DNA of 64,000 bases from Selaginella moellendorffii (GCF_000143415.4 NW_003314366.1:384997-448996), one strand, 5' to 3'; counted from the first letter of the stretch, positions 23,323 to 36,161 are shown. Notes: generated from the sequence alone by a model not told the origin. Made by a program: numbers and translations.

Positions 23323-24886
23323 ATGGATCCGGCTTCAGTCCAAGGTATGCTTGATGCTTCGTTCTCTGATGTGAGACTGACTCTTTGTTTTGTTTTGGGT
23401 GGTGGTGTAGCTAACAGAGCAGCTCAAGCTGAAGAATTGGAAGCTCTCCGCTACATTTATGGAGAGGATATCGTTGTTCACGAGCACGAACACTTCTGTG
23501 AGGTATTTGGTTACGTGGTGAGCGGTTTTGAGCCAGCCAATTTGGTATCCTTTGGCAGATTTCTGTCTACCCGAGTGAAGAAGAGTCGGGAGGTTTGGCT
23601 GTGAAGCTTGGCGTTTATTTCCCGGACGAATATCCGTCACACAGTGAACCGACTTTTGAAGCTGAAGCCGCGTGGCTGTCGGAACAGGACCGCGACAAAG
23701 TTGTCAGTGGATTTCACGAGTTGTACTCGAGCAGTGACGGAGAAGTGATTGTTTTCAAATGGATAGAGTGGATGAAGGTAGGTAGAAGAATCTATGTCGT
23801 AGCTTACGTCTTCCTCTCTGGTTGTAGGAACAACACTGGCTATGGAATTGCGAGAAACGGACGGCACTTGCTGCAAGTACTAAAGAGACAGGTACGCTAT
23901 TTTTCCAGCCAAAGCAAGCTTTTGTCTTGAGTTTTGTCTCTCTTTTTTTCTTCCTTGCCAGTAAACGATTCGGGGGAATCAGCCACTGCAGCAGCTCAGT
24001 TATTCCAGCCGTAAATCTCGTTTTTCGTTTCCTGCGGAATCTCTTTTAATTTTCTGTAGTGTGCTGCGCGCGCAGGTTTGAAAAGCCCGAGGATGTTCCG
24101 GCTGAGCTCAACGTGGAGGAACTGGACAAACTCCATGGCATTATTCACGGGTGTCCCTTCACAGAGAAGAAGAGTACGTGATTATAAAATATACGAGCGT
24201 CGTTGTTGTTTCGTTGATTGCGTTGCTGAGATAGTTGTCGTGACTATCAGGTACTTTCCAAGCGCACCTGGCACCCGTCCACTCGGCCGATGAGGTGGAG
24301 ACGGTAATGGAAGCACTTCTGCGAAACAGGAAGATTTCAGGGGCAACTCACAACATAATGGCCTTTCGCATCGTTCTTCCCGACAAAAACACTGTAAAGT
24401 CGACGTGACCCTTGGCGATAACTGCGATAACTGCGGTGTTTGTCAAGGGATTGCTAACTTCTTTCTCTCGCCTTGCCGTGTCAGGTACTTCAAGACTATG
24501 ACGACGATGGAGAAACCGCTGCTGGAAACCGGCTATTGCATCTCCTCCAGATCGTAGGCGCCATTGACGTGGTAAGCTATAACTGCAGCTTTTGTTTTCC
24601 TTGTTCCCCACGGAGATTCCAATCCAACAAAGCTTCCACTGATTGATTTTATGCAAGGTGGTGGTGGTCTCGAGGTGGTTTGGAGGGATCCTACTCGGTC
24701 CGGACAGATTCAAGCACATCAACAATGCCGCACGGTCTCTCCTCGAGAGTGGTGGATACATAAGAGATTCCCGGAAGAACAGCAACACCTGTTCGTCCAG
24801 CAAAAAAGGTGGGACTTCTTTTTCTCGGCCACTGTTCCGCGAGTGCTGACTCCTCCATTTTTGTTCTCGTAGGGAAAGCTCGATAG
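23323..24886 (+). CDS. IMPACT: IMPACT-family protein (RWD + UPF0029 domains), multi-exon
   Basis: Spliced reading MDPASVQANRAAQAEELEALRYIYG, FPDEYPS, KSTFQAH, ATHNIMAFRI, DYDDDGETAAG, VVVVSRWFGGILLGPDRFKHINNAAR. Confidence 0.9.
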
Positions 24887-25472
24887 TTACTATCGGGGAG
24901 ACACGAATACAAGGCTTTGCTGGTCCAACAGTCAGTCATCGAGATCCCAACAACAATGTCTCTCTACACGTAGAGAAGTACGATTTTTTCGGACAAACTA
25001 GTGCGTCACATTTTGATTTGATAACGTCTAACAAGATCCGTGAAAGCTTTTGACACCTATTTATCATTACTTTACAGGCAGGTCCATCTCTCTCCATCCA
25101 TCTTAACAATTATAATATTCTTCCATGAACCATCGTCCTCCTCTGGGAACTCTACGGAAGATTTGATATTGTCTCTCTTTTCTCGGGTCGTCTCACACTC
25201 TTTTTTTTTCCAGCGATTCTGCTCAGGATTTATTCTCGAGCTGCTTCCGGGGTGGGGAGGCCATACCACTGCAAAAGATCTGGGAACAGGAGAAAAAGGA
25301 AAAGGAGGAGAGAAGGAAATCAGCAGTTCTGTGAAGAGGACGATCTTTCCGCAGTGGAATCAGTGCAGTGAACAAGTTGGTGATGAAAGCAGCGGTTTTT
25401 TTCGACGAGCTCTCCTCCCTCGCTGCTGTTTCTCGAGAGATGCCGACTAGAGAAAGAAAGCTCGGGCCAAGA

Positions 25473-26228
25473 TCAGGTTCTCCTCCGGCTGGCTGGCTCC
25501 TTCTGCGCATTGTAGTAGACTGCGCCGACTGGAAGTCCCAGGAAGTACTCCTGCGCGAACCAACGGGTGCTGAAGTTGTTCCTCATGAGCGGTGGAAGCA
25601 TGAGAACTGGTCCCATTTGCCGGAAGACCACGAAGATGTACCTATGGATTCCAGTCGGGGGCTTGGGGCCGATGTACTGGAGGATCTCTCTCCCTGGAGA
25701 TGGAGTAGCGAACAAGAGAGAAAACCAAGCTGGAACTCACGTGACAATGCAAGGAGTGATCATACCTTGGCTAGCGTCGGCTCCACCGGGGATGTCCGCG
25801 ACGATCCTGGGTAGGAAACTCCAGATTCATATCGAAGGAGAAGCAAAAATGGAAGCTTTGGAACTAACCAGTGCACCCATTCTCGCATTGATGGCTCGCT
25901 GGGACTCGGAGCATCCGGGTCGACCATCACCTGTTTAAGAACAAAGGGTGGTAGCATCAAGTCCTCTAGCTCTGGAGAAGAGATCGAAAGAAGAGAAGGC
26001 GGTAGCTATGGAGGTGAGATTGATTACGAGAGTGTAGAGCGCGCCTTCCTCGTGAGGAGATCCAACTTGGACAATGGGGCGAGCTTGAGTGGCTGAAGGC
26101 TTGAGCTCGCAGCCATTGTTGACTTGTTTGCTACCATAGCAAACGCTCATATCCACGGCCGGAACGAACATATCCAGCACGTCGCCGATCACTCGCCCTA
26201 GCACCAGCGGATCCATTGATCTCCCCAT
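25473..26228 (-). CDS. MFT: MOTHER OF FT AND TFL1-like PEBP protein, 4 exons
   Basis: [30 protein letters not shown] (MFT-type Trp), GIHRY and NAQKEP (MFT-type Pro). Confidence 0.95.
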
Positions 26229-26447
26229 CTCTCTTCTTCCCCAAGAACAATCGAGCTACCAAAACAATTCCTAGCTTGAACCCAACGCCACCGAAACCTT
26301 ACAAGAGAAATCGCTAGAGCTAAAAAAAATTCCTTCTCCCGGCGAGGTGAGCTTGTGAAACGTAGAGAGAGCGCGGCCAAAAAGACTGGTTATTTTTTAA
26401 GCCGCCGTGTATGTGTGCGTGAAACCTCGCTCCGGAGCAACCAGGGC

Positions 26448-26575
26448 CTGCCACGTGTGATCCCGGACCAAGCCCATTGGGGCCACTTGTCCCCGTCTGC
26501 ATGCGTGCATGTGGGCCCTTGCAAGACCGACGCGTGGCAGTGCATTGAAGCTTGGGATGGTGGACACGTGGGCGG
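26448..26575 (-). promoter_or_regulatory. ABRE/G-box, RY and CE3-like cluster upstream of MFT
   Basis: CACGTG at 26452 and 26565, TGCATG at 26498 and 26506, ACGCGTGGC at 26530. Confidence 0.65.
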
Positions 26576-26839
26576 TAGGTGAGATCCTTTCTATTAGGGC
26601 TACTTGGCTTGATTAGATAATTTTAAAAAATCTATAAATGGAGAATTTCAAAAGTAATAATTATTGAGTTTAAAAATATCTCATCAGAATTTATTTAGAA
26701 TAATGCTATTTGGTATATACATCAATAATTGAAAAACTACACTCATATTAAACTTAAATTTAGACCTTAATAAAGTGAAATTCACTCCCATATTTATTAT
26801 GAAAATCTGAGGCCTAAACCCACATTATATGTTATGGGT

Positions 26840-28500
26840 GTAAATTCATAAATGGATATTAAATTAATAAGTATAAAAACTAATTAAATACATAATGATT
26901 TGTGTTTATATTTTAGTTTTAAACCACATTAAAATATTTTTTAATTACTAATATTTTATATAATATTATATATATTAGTTAATTTTAATTATAATTTACA
27001 TATATATATATAAGTTTTACTTAGAGATATAACACTTAGTATGACATTGATATGATTTAAAAGATTAAATGTGCACATTAAATATTACTCAGATATACCC
27101 AGCAAGGAACTTTTTGACTTGAAAATTCATAACTGTAGCAAATGAAAATGTATGTAAATTAAATATAAAATGAAGGATGTGCAACTTGATCTTAGAAAAT
27201 AAATTAAAAAATTATAATTATGAGAAAATATCAAATTTTGGTTTGTTTTAGCATATATCTAAGTATATTCTATGATATTCTTTAATCTATCTTTCTGTTA
27301 AATGCTAATATTCTTATTTATGACTAATACACACTCATGATCACTCTTCCTCTTCCATTTTCTACAGACAAAATCTTAATCAAGTGCATATCCAAATCAT
27401 GAGTTTTACACATTCTTTATGCTCATCACATTCATTTAAGAACTTGTCTATAGACAGCATATTCCATAATAGAGCTCTTGATCTAATGAGCATCATGGAT
27501 AAGTCATAATTAAGCCAAACCTTGAGAACACAATCTATCCTTCATGGGATTCAAGCTTTGATATGCTCCTTGAGCATCATGTAGTACTAGAGGATCTTTG
27601 TGAAGATCTGAGATTTAGTACAACAAGGCAATCATGGGGTGGAGGTGGTCTTCTGTTGTGGCTGACTTTTAGGCAAGCTGAAATCATCAAAAGGACTCCT
27701 GAAAATGATCAATTTTGACAGGGAACAAGATAAGATAGTATGTCTTGAAGCTTAGTAATACTCTAATTGACTTGAGATTCACATATTTCTTAGCTATGAA
27801 ATATAGGAAATAAGTATTTTTATTATTTTTATCAATGTTCATGGCTTTGAGGTTATAACAACATGCTAGAGTGTTTGCCAAATGCCTTAACTTATTTAGT
27901 TTTTATCTAAAAGTGTTGACTTTTACAAGTCATTGGATTAAGCCCTCTATGATCTTGCGTGGATCAGTCTCCCTCAGGCAAAAATACCATTACAAAAAAA
28001 ATTTCAGCCTCCTATTCTTGAGCTAGGTATAAGAAGTATCATATTACATCTCCTGTTCCTTGGGAAATTTGAGTTCAAATATCATATTCCTCCCTTGCCA
28101 AGAACTTCATTGATGATCTAGTATTGCCCACCAAGGCTGGAGCTAAGTGCGAAGCTTAGCATATTTAGACCAATTTTCTGATTTTTTTGCATTATGTTAA
28201 CTATGTTCTAAGGAGGCATATAAATTGCTATTAGATTTGCTTACTTTTAGGAAAGAAAATGTTATCTAAGCCAAATGCTGATTTAATACTATATTGCTTA
28301 ATCAAGAGGTTATAATTTATTATAAGCAATCAAATAGAATGGCTTGAAAAACCTTTTATTAAAGTTTAAGATAAAGGAAAAAGGCTCATGAATAAGAGTG
28401 TATCTTTCTTTTTTCAATTGGTGATTATTCTTGATATTTGTTAGATACCAATCAAATTTAGTTTAGTCCATTGAGAGGATAATCTCAACTTTTAAAAACT
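26840..28500. repeat. AT-rich segment duplicated (diverged) at ~29310-30675; both copies end in an eroded Cassandra-LTR fragment (28370-28440 and 30560-30630)
   Basis: Shared blocks such as AAGGAACTT.TTGACTTGAAA.TTCATAACTGTAGCAAATGAA and ATGAATAAGAGTG. Confidence 0.85.
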
Positions 28501-29041
28501 TTTCTGTGCATTGCATAGAGTAATGCCTGGTTTTCTTAATAGTAATGTTATTCTTATTTATTAATCCAATTGACCAAATGGAATTTATAATTATAAACAT
28601 GTATATAATTTATAAACATAAGATTAATCTTATTGCATATCAACCATTACATGGTAGAATAAAAAAATATCCCAGAAAGTGTTTAGGAAATTTTATAAAA
28701 ATATAAACATGTTTATAAAGTATAAATGCAAGATTAATCTAAATGAATAACCACCGTTAGATAGTAGAATATTCTAGAATATCTAAGTATATTCTAGATA
28801 TATCTCAGTCCCTTATTATCTCATTTTTACTTATAATTTTTTAAATATAATGCTTAAGAGTAAAAGTTAACAATATTAGTGTCTTTTGTTATTTCAAAAT
28901 ATTTTAAATTTTTATATTACAATTAACCTTTATATGTTTAATTTTTTTATTTGCTTAAGAAAACCTGCAGCTTTATATTTAGGGTTAAGATAGTTTAACC
29001 TAAATATAAAAAAGAAAAAACGACCTTTCATATATAGTTCA

Positions 29042-29270
29042 GGTAATGGAAGCACTTCTGCAAAACAGGAAGATTGTAGAGGCAACTCACAACGTAATGG
29101 CCTTTTGCATCGTTCTTCCCAACAAAAACACTGTAAAGTTGACATGACCCTTGGTGATAACTGTGATAACTGTGGTGCTTGTCAAGGGATTGCTAGCTTC
29201 TTTCTCTCACCTTGCCTTGTCAAGTACTTCGACTATGATGATGATGGAGAAACCACTACTGGAAACTGCC
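29042..29270 (+). pseudogene. Captured exon-intron-exon fragment of IMPACT (source 24303-24532)
   Basis: Colinear with the source including the intron. CpG-depleted, with a mutated acceptor and a frameshift. Confidence 0.92.
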
Positions 29271-29409
29271 ACTGGAAGTCATGTGGATAAAATCATCAGA
29301 ATCTATCTTTATGTTTTACATATAAAATTCATAATTGAATATTAAATTATTAAGTATAAAACTAATAAAAATTTAATGATGGACCTGGGTAAGGTTTTAT
29401 TTTGCCTTG

Positions 29410-29555
<146 letters not shown>

Positions 29556-30949
29556 AGGAACTTCTTGACTTGAAAATTCATAACTGTAGCAAATGAAGCT
29601 ATATATAAACTAAATATAAAATGAATGCAACTTGATCTTTATTACAAAAGAAATTTTCTAAATGAGAAAATATAAAATTTGGTTTGCTTTAGCATATATC
29701 TAAGAATATTCTAGGATATTCCTTGATCTATCTGTTAAATTGCTAATATTCTTACTTTATTCCAGTCAAAAATTAATGGCACTTCCTCTTCCATTTTCCA
29801 CACACATAAAATCTTAATCAATTCCATATCCAAACCATGAGTTTTACACATTCCTTATACTCATCACATGTTGATAATGGATTCATCCAAGAACTTGTCT
29901 ATAGACAGCATATTCCACAAGGAAGCTCTTGATCTGATAAGTATCATGGCTGTATCATGGACAGTGAACAAGATAAGTTGGTATGGCCTTTGAAGCTTAG
30001 CAATACTTCAATCGACTTGAGATTCACTTTTTTTTTTAACTAAGCAATATAGAAAATAAATATTTTATTATTATTTTCAAACTTAGCAATATAGGAAATA
30101 AATATTGTATTATTATTTTCAATGTTCATGGCTTTGAGGTTATAATAACACGCTAGAGTGCTTGCCAATGCCTTAACTTATTTAGCTTTTTTATCTAACA
30201 GTGTCAACTTTTACAAATCATTGGATTAATCCCTTTATAAACTTAGCTAAATAAGTCTACCTCAAGCAAAAATACCAACCATTACAAACGAATCTTTGGC
30301 CTCCTATTCTTGAGCTAGGTCGTGACTATGGCATTACATAAGAAGTGTTCTCTTACATCTGTTCTTTGAGGAATTTGAGTTCAAATGATATATTCCTTCT
30401 TTGCCAACCATTTTGAGAACTTCATGGATGATCTAGTGTTGCCCACCAAGCCTGGAATTAGCCTAGCATATTAAGACCAATTTTCTGTAATTTTTTAACC
30501 ATGTTCTTAAGGAGGTATATAAATTGTTGAATGGCTTGAAAAAACTTTATTAAAGTTCAAAGATAAAGGAAAAGGCTAATGAATAAGAGTGCATCTTTCT
30601 TTTTCAATTGGTGATTATTCTTGATATTTGTTAAATACCACTCAAATTTAACTTAGACAATCTCAAAATTTTAAAAAAATTTAACATATGAATCCCAATT
30701 TTAATATAAAATTTTAAAATATTTTGAATAATACAAGAAAATAATATTGTTATCTTTTCATGTTTATATTTAAAAAATTTATAAGTAAAAATGAGATAAT
30801 ATCTTTATATTTGTATGCAAACAAAACTAAATTTATAATAATAAATATCAATTAAGTGAAGATTCTGTCATTCCATATACTAATAGTGTACAGAGCTTTT
30901 CTCTCAATAACAGCGTATTTCACTTTGTACCACCAACAAAGAAACTGAA

Positions 30950-31560
30950 AAGCAATGTTCCCATAACTTTGGACTGGCTGACAAGGTTTTCACTGCCACT
31001 GGTGGTGACGAACAAACGCAAAGGCAGGAACATTGATGGGAACACAAGAAGTAATGAGAGCTGAAGCAGCCAAATGCCATGAAAGATTATATAATTGACG
31101 TTGAAAACTTTATCATCACGGCATTGTGATTCTGTGGCACAAACACTTCCATGAGGCTTGAGAACATACAGGCAGTCACCATGAGCCGTAGAAGCATATG
31201 ATAATGTCCTTTCATGCCAACAATCCGTGGAATGCCAATGAAAGAGGAAGAGTTCTTGGGCGAACGCTGCTGCTCCCATGAGACTTACAAAAGCACTTGG
31301 CAAGTGTAGCTTGTAACGTCGTGCATAGATAATGAAGGGATTAGCCAAGGAGATGTGCTCCAGGTCAGGATATCTTCGTGTTGGCTGCACAATGCAGTGG
31401 AAAGTGATGACTCCTGCACTCTTAAGGAAGAGAATGTAAGACTCAGCTGGCTTTGTAATGAGGGGGAGTCGCCCAGATTTCCGGTGGCCTTGAAAACGGG
31501 ATGCTGCATTCGTGAGAAAGAGCAAGATGAACGCAATTGTTGGAATTTTGCCATCTTTGC
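30950..31560 (-). pseudogene. DUF716/TMEM45-like pseudogene
   Basis: LEHISL..FIIYA and AAAFAQELFLFHWHSTD resemble plant DUF716 motifs; the frame degenerates on both sides. Confidence 0.7.
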
Positions 31561-31913
31561 GTCACATGTTTCCCTGACAAGGCTTGAAATTTAAGGTGAT
31601 GTATCACCAGGTCAAGGACGGTATTCTCACACTCATATCAAAGTCGGTCTTGGTTGGTTGGTTATTCTCATTGATTGACCAGTATCCGAAGATCCTAGAC
31701 TTTGATCAAAGTAAAGTACGGAAAGTTCTGTATCCACCTTGACCACGACTTCATGGAGTTCAATTGCCTGTGTCTGGGTTTGCTTTTGTAACGCACTATT
31801 GCTTGACTAACGTTTGTCAGTTTTTTTTCTCGTTTTTTATTCACATTTGTCATGAGTTCTAAATCCACCACGACCTAATCAGCTTTTTTTTGAGTTCTGG
31901 CCACATGAATTTT

Positions 31914-34264
31914 TTAAGAACTGTCAAGACGAGGAAGAAATGATGGAGGAAAAGTAATGCTGAGGCTAATAGATGTGTTCTCATGTTCCTTTGCTCGAAG
32001 CTTATACCTCCAAATTTGAAGGCTGTCCCACGTGATACCTAAAAATGTGACCCAAAAGCCAATAAACACACCGCAGCCAAATGCCCACACTGAAGCTTCA
32101 TGGAAGAGGAAGTCTTTCTCCCAACTTTTGTGACTTGCAGGGTGCTCTTGATCCTTTGTTGCATGGCCACAAGGAGACAATGGAAACCCACAAAGGTTCT
32201 TATTGCCTTGGAATGCAAGTGGAAATCGAGTGTTGATATTGTAAGCAGTTGGGACCAATCCGCTTAAGTTGTTGAATGAAACATTAAAGGCAGACAAAGG
32301 CAATTCCCCAAACTCGTTTGGGATCCTGCCTTGGAGCATGTTCCACGACAAGTCAAGCGACTGAAGCTTTTTCAAGCTGGAAAGATTGAGAGGTATGGCA
32401 CCGGTGAACTGGTTGTGCGAGAGGTTGAGATGCATTAGTCCAACCAGTTGCCCAATTTCTTCTGGGATGACGCCCTCGAGAGAGTTGCTTGAGATGTCTA
32501 ATGAAGTCATGTTGTTTGAAACAACGATGGTTGTCCGATCAAACTGTAACCTTGCGCCATTGACCGTGATAACCAGGTTCAACTGAACCCCTGTATAAAT
32601 GCCAAGATTCAAATCCCCACTAGTGTTGCCCTTGAAACCTTGAAACTTCCAAAGCTTGCCTGGCAGCTGCCCTATGAGCTTATTGTTTGACAAATCTAAA
32701 ATTTGGAGCCAAATGAGATTGGTGATGCAAGCTGGAATCTGGCCAAACAGCTTGTTGTATGCAAAAGACAATATCATAATTCCAGACCAGCTGCAAGTCT
32801 CTTGAGGGATCTCGCCTGTGAAATGGTTCCTACTATAGTCCACGACTCTGAGGTAAGTGGAATTCAAGCTTTTGACTGAAATGGTGCCACTCAACATGTT
32901 GTTGCAAATGACAAAGAAGACCAAACTTGTTAAGTTACTCAAGTCAAGCCGCACCTCACCCGTGAAATTGTTCTGCGCAAAGTTGACAACCTTGAGCTTG
33001 GAGCAATTCCCTAGCCTTGAGCTAATCTCTCCCTGGAACTCGTTCGTTGAGAGATCCAAGTAAACCAGGTTAGTGCATGCACCAAACGTTGGCATTTTGC
33101 TCCGTATCGAGTTTCCGTGGAGGTCGAGATAGCCAAGATTGGTGCATTTGTCGAGTGGAGGAACTTCATTTCTGAGATAGTTGTCACTCAAGTCAAGTGT
33201 CTCAAGACGATCCAGCTGGCTAATGCCTTTTGGAATGCTTCCATCTAGATAGTTTTTGTTGAGGTGCAATTGCTGGAGAGCCTTGATCTCTGTGATTGAA
33301 TGCGGAATGCTTCCTGTCAGGCTGTTAACGTCCAAGCGAAGTAGCACGACAGGAGAAGACGCATTAAACATGGGAATGTTTCCTGTAAAGTTGTTGTAAT
33401 GGAGCTCTAGGTGCGTTAGAGATGGCATGCCCACCATAACATCAGAAGGAATCGATCCGTTGAGAAAATAGTTTCGCGATAGTCCCAACCACTTTAGCCT
33501 ACGAAGACCAGCAAAAGAGCCAGGTAATGGGCCATATAGAAGGTTGTCAGACATGTCTAGAAATGTGAGGCGCGAAAGGTTTCCAAGAGTGATTGGTATA
33601 AGCCCCTCCAAATTGTTCTTAAGAAGTGATAACCTTTCCAATTTCTTGAGCTTACCCAGCGATGGAGATATAGAGCCTGTTAAGGTGTTGTTTTCCAGAT
33701 TGAGGAACTGCAGCTTGGAGCAGTTCCCAACACTCGATGGAATAGACCCGCTCAAGAAATTATCAGATAGCCAGAGCTCAGTGAGATTCTGGAGCTGCCC
33801 TAATGTTGCTGGAATATGGCCAGTCAATTGGTTCCCTCTCAAGTTGAGCTCTGTGAGTGAGGAGCAATTTCCGAGGGTGGTAGGAATTTGCCCCGTTATT
33901 TTGTTAAACGATAGATCGAGCTCTGAAAGATATGAAAGCTGCCCAAGCCTTGGCGTGAGAGTTCCCACCAAGGCGTCATCGAGATCCACAGAGGATAGAT
34001 GTATGGACACTACTTGGCGTTTAGAATTGCAACTAATGCCTCTCCAGCTGCAAATCCCACCCTTGTTTCCTTCATGCCAGTTAGAAAAGGTAGAATTGCT
34101 TTGCAACATGCCTTGCTTGAACTCCAGTAGAATTTCCATGTCCATGATCTTATACAAAAGAAAGAACACCTTAGGAGTTTCATTTCAGAATCATGTAATC
34201 ATACCTCAGCAGAAAGATTCATGCCAAGTGCGAAGAGAAGTACGATGCCCCAGTGAGAAAACAT
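31914..34264 (-). CDS. LRR receptor-like protein (no kinase); exon 1 34264-34205 (signal peptide), exon 2 34148-31914
   Basis: MFSHWGIVLLFALGMNLSAE joined in frame by a 56-bp GT-AG intron. LRRNT (CSWRGISC), many plant eLRRs, island domain, GNKNLCGFPL cap, GxxxG TM helix and a short tail. Confidence 0.92.
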
Positions 34265-34660
34265 TTTCTTCTTGTGACAGGATAGAGTTTGCACTAGAAA
34301 TTTAAAGATCACCAGACTTTATATCTTGAATGCGACATCAAAGAGTCCAATATTTTTCGCTGCTGGTCCAACAAAAGTCACATATTTGTTCTAGGTCATG
34401 TGACGAATTGTCTGCTGGTCAAACTCATGCAATTTAAATGTGCAAGCATGCCGTGCTAGTAGTCCATGCCGTGCGAGTCCAAGCATATGCTTTAGTTTAT
34501 CATGCCGTGCTTGACTAGTAGTTGAAGCACGGTGTGTTTGCCAGTCAACATTAGAATTTGTTGTTTGTTGGTTATTGTCATTCACAATGTTCATGGAACA
34601 TATCTCCACTATATAAGAACCATGCACAACATCTAAGGCATTGAAGAATGGTAGTGATAT

Positions 34661-34776
34661 TGTTAGGCACCAAGTTAAGATAATAGGATAATGAAAGTGC
34701 CCTGCAATCAAGTGATTACCCCTTTAGTCAGTTGGCTTAGGGTGTAAGGGATAAGATCCTAACATTGGTATCAGAG
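34661..34776 (+). mobile_element. 104-bp mini-LTR (TGTTAGG..CCTAACA) plus tRNA-iMet PBS
   Basis: 7-bp terminal inverted repeat at 34661-34764, then T + TGGTATCAGAG. No partner LTR seen. Confidence 0.7.
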
Positions 34777-34780
34777 TAAA

Positions 34781-35078
34781 ATATTTGTATTGTTGCTTGT
34801 AACAACTGCTTCCTTCTTTAGCTTCTGTGAAGCTGATGCAACATGTGAGACCAACATCAATGGAATTCTCAGCAATTGCAAGAGCACAAATCCCTCTGCA
34901 ACATGTTGTAAATTTGTGAGGAAGATGTCACAAAGTATGTCAGCTTGAGTTCAATTCTAACCATTACTAGAAAATGCCATCGAACTCTTCCCCATCACTA
35001 TCAGTGTGGAAGTAAGGCAATTTTTAAATTTGCTTTTTCAAATTCATTATTGTCTCTTCAGGTTATCTTCTTCCCTGA
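34781..35078 (+). pseudogene. nsLTP/DIR1-like Cys-rich secreted protein remnant lacking a start codon
   Basis: Reads IFVLLLVTTASFFSFCEADATCETNINGILSNCKSTNPSATCCKF, then YQCG, an intron and a GYLLP*-like end. Confidence 0.6.
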
Positions 35079-35887
35079 TTCATGGTCATGGAATGGTTAA
35101 AAATAAAATTTATTCTTAAAAAAAAAAAAACTTTCTGGTAGCCCTTTGCTTGTGTCGCGTGTGGGATCAAGGCCGCAGAGGTAGAGATCTTCATCGCCAG
35201 AGTCGAGGTGATCGATGACTATTATGCCATCCATAGCCCCTATGGTGGCATCACTTGCTCTGGCGCGGACGACAGGGATGAGAAAACGCGCCGAGATCTT
35301 GAAAGCGGTACGCGCTAAAGTCAAGCGGGACGTCAAGCGGCAGATGCAAATGCCCAAGTTTAGCAGTTCGCTGGCCGAGATCATCCGGAGATCATCGTAG
35401 AAACCCAAGTTCACACCGTCCAATGTGGTTTTCAAATCCACTCCAGGTGCTAGAGAGTCTTAAGGACCGGGTGGCATGTTGGGCGGAGCAGGATTTATTC
35501 AGATGCGCAAGCGCCATTGATAGGACGAGGGAAGTGATGCTTTTGTTTGCAGTTTCGAGCACACGCCATGCACCAGGCCAGAAGCTATAAAGTTCTCGCC
35601 GTGAGGTAAAGAAGTACACAAGTAGTGTGTTCCTCCATGCTTGGGAGGGACTGTCATTTGAAATAATATTCTAGGTGCTTGTGGTAGCGACGTTGTTATA
35701 TGAATTGAGCTTGGATTCTGACCTCAAGAATTCATTGCTAATGTGGTGCATGATCACTCCGTCTGGGCCATCGTAAACAATGACCCATGTCCATTTGAGA
35801 AACGTGTCTTGCTGATCCTCTTTCTGGATTTTGCAAATGGAGCAAGAAAAGACACTATACCTGCTGCAGATCAAGCTCAATGCAGAT

Positions 35888-36161
35888 CAAGCTGACAGTT
35901 GACCTTCTCAACAGCGGTGGCTCCAACACTGTCTCTGTTGCCGAGAAGGTAAGCCCGAGCAAGCCATGCGAACGGCGAAGCACTCAAAGGCGAAGAGCCA
36001 ATTGCCCAACAATTTCTCGAGCCTTTCATCATCGACAGCTCGCGTTTAGAGGTCGAAGTCGATCGTTAGCATACGCGCTTCTGGATCTTCGAGAGCTCGG
36101 CCTCTTGCGCCACTATGGAAGCTAGAGAGGTGACGCAGTTCATGAAAGACTGCGCGAACAA
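35888..36161 (+). pseudogene. Deletion-riddled copy of a CABIN1 exon segment (source 42807-43196)
   Basis: Colinear blocks, including ~50 identical bp (TTCTCGAGCCTTTCATCATCGACAGCTCGCGTTTAGAGGTCGAAGTCGATC). Confidence 0.9.

Noticed and set aside
23545-23553. U12-type donor-like GTATCCTTT in IMPACT
   Set aside because: It lies just upstream of an acceptor inside an ordinary GT-AG intron and is not needed for the reading frame.
13686-26228. Biosynthetic gene cluster
   Set aside because: Only a tandem UGT array is present, with no scaffold-forming or other tailoring enzymes nearby.
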